Part shown: positions 59,763 through 64,000 of the stretch, piece after piece
How the letters are laid out: each line of letters begins with the position of its first letter
How positions within the stretch are numbered: the stretch's first letter is position 1
Source: Acidobacteriaceae bacterium
Lineage (GTDB): Bacteria > Acidobacteriota > Terriglobia > Terriglobales > Acidobacteriaceae
Assembly: GCA_035550395.1 (NCBI GenBank)
Contig: DASZPF010000034.1
Coordinates: forward strand, 188-64,187
Length of the DNA: 64,000 nucleotides
Direction: 5' to 3'
Position numbers and translations under genes: made by a program
The notes under the pieces: generated by a model
What the model saw: the letters and a program-made list of their open reading frames with translations, nothing else
Database searches by the model: none
What the model was told of the DNA's origin: nothing

Positions 59763-60587
59763 ATGGAAGTCCTTTACGGCCTGCACCCGGTCGAAGAAGC
59801 CGTCCGCTCCAGCTCCCGAAGACTGGACTCTGTGATGCTCGCGCGCGACCGAAAGGACGCACGCCTCGATCAGATCGCCCAGGCCTGCCGCGCCGCCGGC
59901 GTCCGCCTTCGCCTTGAGCCCCGCGAGCAGCTCACACGTCTTGCTCACACCGACGCCCACCAGGGAGCCGTCGCCCTCGTCCGCGAGCGCAGCTTCCTCG
60001 CCGTCGAAGATCTCCTTGCCGACCTCGCCGCCTCCCGTTCGTCTAACTCCAGGTTGAGCCCGCAGTCCCAGTCCCGCCACCACTTTTACCTCGCCCTCGA
60101 CGGCGTCGAAGACCCCCACAACCTCGGCGCTCTGCTCCGCACCGCCGACGGAGCCGGTGTCGACGGCGTCCTCCTCCCGGAGCGCCGATCCGCGCCTGTC
60201 TCCGCAACCGTCGCCAAAACCTCCGCCGGGGCCAGCGAGCACGTCCGCATCGCCCGCGTCACCAACCTCGTCCGCGCCCTCGAACAGATGAAGCAGGCCA
60301 ACGTCTGGGTCGTTGGACTCGACGAGCGCGGCTCCCCCGACTACTCCGACTTCGACTTCCGCACCGACTGCGTCCTCGTGCTCGGCCGCGAGGGCGCCGG
60401 GCTGCACGACCTCGTCAAGCGGACCTGCGACCACCTCCTCCGCATCCCCATGGCCGGTCAGGTCTCCTCGCTCAACGTCTCCGTCGCCGGCGCCGTCGTC
60501 ATGTATGAGGCCATGCGTCAGCGCCGCGCTCCCGCACAGCCGGCCACCCCCAAACCCGCCAAGCCGCGTAAAGGCCTCGGCTCGTGA
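59763..60587 (+). CDS. rlmB: 23S rRNA Gm2251 methyltransferase RlmB
   Basis: LYGLHPV, HQG, DPHNLGA, GREGAG, SLNVSVA. Confidence 0.92.
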   Translation: MEVLYGLHPVEEAVRSSSRRLDSVMLARDRKDARLDQIAQACRAAGVRLRLEPREQLTRLAHTDAHQGAVALVRERSFLAVEDLLADLAASRSSNSRLSPQSQSRHHFYLALDGVEDPHNLGALLRTADGAGVDGVLLPERRSAPVSATVAKTSAGASEHVRIARVTNLVRALEQMKQANVWVVGLDERGSPDYSDFDFRTDCVLVLGREGAGLHDLVKRTCDHLLRIPMAGQVSSLNVSVAGAVVMYEAMRQRRAPAQPATPKPAKPRKGLGS

Positions 60588-62986
60588 AGCTCGGGAACAC
60601 ATCGGGTGCCGCACATCTCGAAGAGATGTGGGAAAGAAAAAAGATCGCCCTCCACTTGATGCTCAGGCAGATCGTCTTGAAGGGGCGCGGCTTCAGCCGC
60701 GCCGTTACCCCGCAAACACCGCGTGCGGCTTCAGCCGCAGAAGGAGCGCTCTTCCCAACGGGCACCCCACAACCCGCGGGGATCTGGGAACAGAACAATC
60801 GACGAATCCAGACGGACGCGATCAATTCCTATTTAGCCGCCATCCCGAGCGAGCGCGCGAAACGCCGCAGCCGAGGGACCCCCGCATTTGTCTTTCTCTC
60901 GCTCTTCATCCTTATCCTTCTTCCCACCTCCGCCCAGACCACCTCGCCACCCGCCCCAAAAACTCCTGCGGCTTCCGCTCCGCAATCTACCCCACCTCCA
61001 CCCCCCGCAGGTGGCGACATCCTCTTCTCCCGCGGCTCTGGAACCCAATCCGCCACCGAGCCCGAATCCGCCCCATCCGCCTCGCAGCCTGCTGCCCCAT
61101 CCCTCCAAAGCCGCTCTCCCTCCTCTCCGCAGTTCGCCCCGCCGATTCCCTCTGCAGCCCATCTCGGCCCCGGCGACGCCGACCCTCTCCACGTCACCAA
61201 CGCCGAGCGCACCGCCCTCACCTTCACCGCCTACGACCTCGATCTGCACCTCACTCCTGCCTCCGCCGGCCTCTCTGCTCATGCTCTGCTCACCGTGCGC
61301 AACGACGGCACCGCGCCAATCTCCCGCCTCATCCTGCAGCTCTCTTCCACCCTCCACTGGGACTCGATCTCCCTGCGTCCCGCTCCCACTGCCACACCCG
61401 CCGCTGCCCGGTTCACCTCTCGCCTCGTCGACACCGACACCGACCACACCGGCACCATGTCCGAAGCCGTCGTCACCCTCCCTGAGCCCCTTGGCCCCGG
61501 AGCTTCCCTCTCTCTCATCGCCCTCTATTCCGGTTCCATCCCGCAGTCCGCCAACCGTCTCACCCGCATCGGCGCCCCCGGTCCCCAGGCCGCCGCGCAG
61601 GACTGGGACGCCATCGCCCCCGCCGACCCCATGGCCGCCGATGAGGTCGGCACCGCCCTCCGCGGCTTCGGCAACGTCCTCTGGTACCCCGTCTCCGCAC
61701 CGCCGGCCTTCCTCGGCGACGGCGCAAAGCTCTTCGCGCTCGTCGGCCGCACCCGCCTGCGTGAGGCCGACGCCACATTCCGGCTCCGTCTCGCCATCGA
61801 GTACTCCGGCGAACCTCCGGACGCAGCCTACCTCTGCGGCCGCCGTGCCCAGCTTCAGGCCATCAGTGACAACCCCGACCTCCCCATCGCCGACGCCCCC
61901 GGCATCGCCACCGCCGCCTTTGACGCCCGGCCCATCGGCTTCCGCACCCCCAGCCTCTTTGTCACGGCACGTGCAGCTACCCTCACCGGTCCGCCGGACC
62001 ACGGCGACCTCATCGCCGCCATCACCGGCCACGATGCCAATCCCTCCCTCACCCTCGCTCCATGGAACGCCGCCGCCGCACAGCTCGTGCCCATGCTCTC
62101 CGGCTGGCTCGGCCCGCAGCCCTCCTCCATGCTCACCATCCTCGACCATCCCGGCGATCCCTACGAGGACGATGCCCTCCTCGTCCACTCCCTCATCCGG
62201 CCCCTCCGTCCCGCAGACACCAGAGAGTCCGAGCTCATCGAAGCCGAGCTCGTCCGTCCCCTCACCCACGCCTGGATCCAATCCACCCATCCCTGGATCG
62301 ACCAGGGCCTCCCCGAGTTCATGTCTCTCCTCTGGACCGAGCGCACCGACGGCCGCACGGCTGCACTCTCCCAGCTCGCCGAGCTCGTCCGCCCGCTCGC
62401 TCTCACCGAGCCCGACTTCACCACTCCCGACACACCGCCCAGTCCCGACGGTGCATCCCTCGCCCAGGCCACCGGAGAGACCTTCTATCGCAACAAGGCC
62501 GCCGCCGTCTGGTGGATGCTCCGCTCCATCACCGGCGACGACATGCTCAAGCAGGCCCTCCAGGCCTACCGCGGCAATCCCCATCTCGACCGTGACCCAC
62601 ACGGCCTCCAGCAGGCTGTCGAAGCCGCCTCCCACATGGACCTCGCCTGGTTCTTCCGCGACTGGATCTATCAGGACCGTGGCCTGCCCGACCTCAGCAT
62701 CGTCAACGTCACCCCCAGCCAGCTCGGCCCCTCAGGCTCCCCCGCCAACACCTGGCTGGTCGCCGTCGAGGTCCGCAACGACGGCTCCGCCGAAGCTCAG
62801 GTCCCCGTCACCGTCCGGTCCGCCGATGCCACAGAGACCCGCCCCCTCCGCGTCCCCGGCCACGCCAGCGCCTCCGTCCGCATTGTCTTTACAGGCCGGC
62901 CCGATCAGGTCCAGGTCAACGACGGCACCGTACCCGAAACCCAGACCAGCGTCCACACCCGCCAGCTCGTCATGCCCACCCAGTAA
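60584..62986 (+). CDS. Peptidase M1/gluzincin-like exported protein with degenerate Zn site; start uncertain
   Basis: YDLDL N-domain, W...G..EF, Y.K...V.WML, DLAWFF.DW; signal-like segment at about 60885-60935. Confidence 0.7.
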   Translation: MKLGNTSGAAHLEEMWERKKIALHLMLRQIVLKGRGFSRAVTPQTPRAASAAEGALFPTGTPQPAGIWEQNNRRIQTDAINSYLAAIPSERAKRRSRGTPAFVFLSLFILILLPTSAQTTSPPAPKTPAASAPQSTPPPPPAGGDILFSRGSGTQSATEPESAPSASQPAAPSLQSRSPSSPQFAPPIPSAAHLGPGDADPLHVTNAERTALTFTAYDLDLHLTPASAGLSAHALLTVRNDGTAPISRLILQLSSTLHWDSISLRPAPTATPAAARFTSRLVDTDTDHTGTMSEAVVTLPEPLGPGASLSLIALYSGSIPQSANRLTRIGAPGPQAAAQDWDAIAPADPMAADEVGTALRGFGNVLWYPVSAPPAFLGDGAKLFALVGRTRLREADATFRLRLAIEYSGEPPDAAYLCGRRAQLQAISDNPDLPIADAPGIATAAFDARPIGFRTPSLFVTARAATLTGPPDHGDLIAAITGHDANPSLTLAPWNAAAAQLVPMLSGWLGPQPSSMLTILDHPGDPYEDDALLVHSLIRPLRPADTRESELIEAELVRPLTHAWIQSTHPWIDQGLPEFMSLLWTERTDGRTAALSQLAELVRPLALTEPDFTTPDTPPSPDGASLAQATGETFYRNKAAAVWWMLRSITGDDMLKQALQAYRGNPHLDRDPHGLQQAVEAASHMDLAWFFRDWIYQDRGLPDLSIVNVTPSQLGPSGSPANTWLVAVEVRNDGSAEAQVPVTVRSADATETRPLRVPGHASASVRIVFTGRPDQVQVNDGTVPETQTSVHTRQLVMPTQ
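60604..60889. repeat. Cluster of three REP-like element types
   Basis: 60604-60632 (CACATCTC/GAGATGTG); 60684-60739 (GGCT-TC-AGCC double hairpin); about 60839-60889 (CATCCCGAGCG...GGACCCCCGCATT). Confidence 0.65.
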
Positions 62987-63088
62987 AGCCCATAAGCAAA
63001 ACAACACTCGCCGTCACCCCGCCGGTTCCCGCGGCCGGACGAATCGCCCCTCTCAAATCCCCGCACCCCTTCTCAAAGCAGTCACTCC

Positions 63089-63106
63089 TGTAACCACCCG
63101 GTTACA
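63089..63106. promoter_or_regulatory. Perfect inverted repeat TGTAACC-N4-GGTTACA
   Basis: Operator-like palindrome directly before the structured region. Confidence 0.5.
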
Positions 63107-63308
63107 TGCTGCCAACGGGGGATGCACTCCGCGCCAAGGTGGAATGTTCGACGTCCCGTTACGGTAGCAATAATCAGTCTCGGATCAGGCCACACCCCCC
63201 TCTCCCAGGTCTGGTCCAAACTCTGCAGTTGTACTACCCCCCAAACTGACCGCAAGTACGGAGCGGGAGGCGCGCGATGAGAATCACTCTCACTGGGCAC
63301 TCCCCTCC
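63107..63308 (+). ncRNA. Candidate structured sRNA with C-rich loops
   Basis: Four hairpins by eye, two with CCCCCC loops; G-U pairs favour the + strand. Confidence 0.5.
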
Positions 63309-63363
63309 ACCCACCTTCTTCCTTGTCGTTCCGCAGCATCTGCTCTCTGGCGCTTTTTTGGCT

Positions 63364-63408
63364 TGTCATTCCGCAGCGTTCGCGCTTGAGCGCGAATGCG
63401 GAGGAATC
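63364..63408. repeat. GTCATTCCG-type REP-like palindrome
   Basis: TGTCATTCCGCAGCG[TTCGCGCT-TG-AGCGCGAA]TGCGGAGGAATC; partial direct copy at 63323-63337. Confidence 0.65.
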
Positions 63409-63492
63409 CGCTTCTCTGCGACTGAGAACTGGCAACTGGCCTTTATGCGAGAATCCTTGAGCCGGACATTTATGTCCTTGAAGGGTCTCCGA

Positions 63493-64000
63493 ATGTCATC
63501 TCTCCGCCGTATCGCACTCTGCTCGCTCGCTCTCGCCGTCACCTCTCTTGCGCCTGCATTCACCCGTGCGCAGGGCGACGACCGCATGCCCCCCGAGACA
63601 AAAGCCCCCGCCGCCTCCCCCGTCATGAACGGCATCGCCCACATCGCCATTCGCGTCAAGGACGTCGCCGCCTCCGAAGACTTCTACCACAAGCTCGGCT
63701 TTGACGCCCCCTTCTCCATGAAGCGCGGCGACGTCGTCACCCAGGCCTTCCTCAAGGTCAACGACCGCCAGTTCATGGAACTCTATCCCGTCACCCCGCG
63801 CGACTCCCAGACCGGCTTCCTCCACCTCTGCTTCGAGGGCGCCGATCTCAACGCCCTCCACGATTTCTATGTCTCTGAGGGCCTCACCCCCATCGCCGTC
63901 CGCACCGCCGGCGCAGGCAACCTGCTCTTCACCATGAAAGGCCCCCAGCAGTACGCCGATCCCCAGAACATCGAATACACCCAGTACATGCCCGGCTCCA
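63493..64000 (+). CDS. Secreted VOC/glyoxalase family protein, 3'-truncated by the window edge
   Basis: Hand translation: signal peptide, GIAHIAIRVKDV..S..FY.KLGF, FMELY, HLCF. Confidence 0.85.
   Translation, partial: MSSLRRIALCSLALAVTSLAPAFTRAQGDDRMPPETKAPAASPVMNGIAHIAIRVKDVAASEDFYHKLGFDAPFSMKRGDVVTQAFLKVNDRQFMELYPVTPRDSQTGFLHLCFEGADLNALHDFYVSEGLTPIAVRTAGAGNLLFTMKGPQQYADPQNIEYTQYMPGS

Noticed and set aside
60833-63167. 759-aa Pro/Ser-rich + ORF and 600-aa Gly-rich - ORF
   Set aside because: Off-frame and antisense readings of the C-rich M1-like gene
63106-63249. 47-aa ORF overlapping the sRNA candidate
   Set aside because: No RBS or motif; RNA structure explains the region better, though a dual-function RNA is not excluded
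1-64000. tRNA, rRNA, known riboswitch, IS, prophage or defence genes
   Set aside because: None recognised by eye; tRNAscan-SE, cmscan and DefenseFinder would be needed to exclude them

Overview
A GC-rich, gene-dense bacterial window whose gene content (two TIGR03435 genes, Acidobacteria-style Era/HslU/HslV variants) points to an Acidobacteriota (Terriglobales-like) genome; this assignment is inference. It contains about 55 CDS. Housekeeping blocks: phoH-ybeY-CBS/hemolysin, polX, csp, cdsA-dxr-rseP, ispA, era, tal, hslVU, prfA, rlmB, an ATP-dependent DNA ligase. Envelope and glycan genes: CPBP protease-Ntn acylase-GT-C, and a GH18-CE4-GT2 fusion with a divergent GT-C. A 14 kb sugar-acid island carries GH78 and the canonical cytoplasmic kdgD-gudP-KGSADH-garD route, followed by an unusual exported module: Tat-DHDPS-like, diheme quinoprotein, Tat-enolase and MFS. 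There is also an ECF sigma operon. No rRNA, tRNA, CRISPR array, transposase or prophage gene was recognised. Best leads: (1) the putative periplasmic sugar-acid pathway; (2) a multi-hairpin sRNA candidate with two C6 loops at 63107-63308; (3) (CACCTAG)n heptamer arrays at convergent gene junctions that supply stop codons on both strands; (4) a miniprotein resembling FtsH TM2 inside the cdsA-dxr-rseP cluster; (5) REP-like palindromes inserted in-frame in coding sequences. All product calls come from motif recognition by eye; no database search was run.
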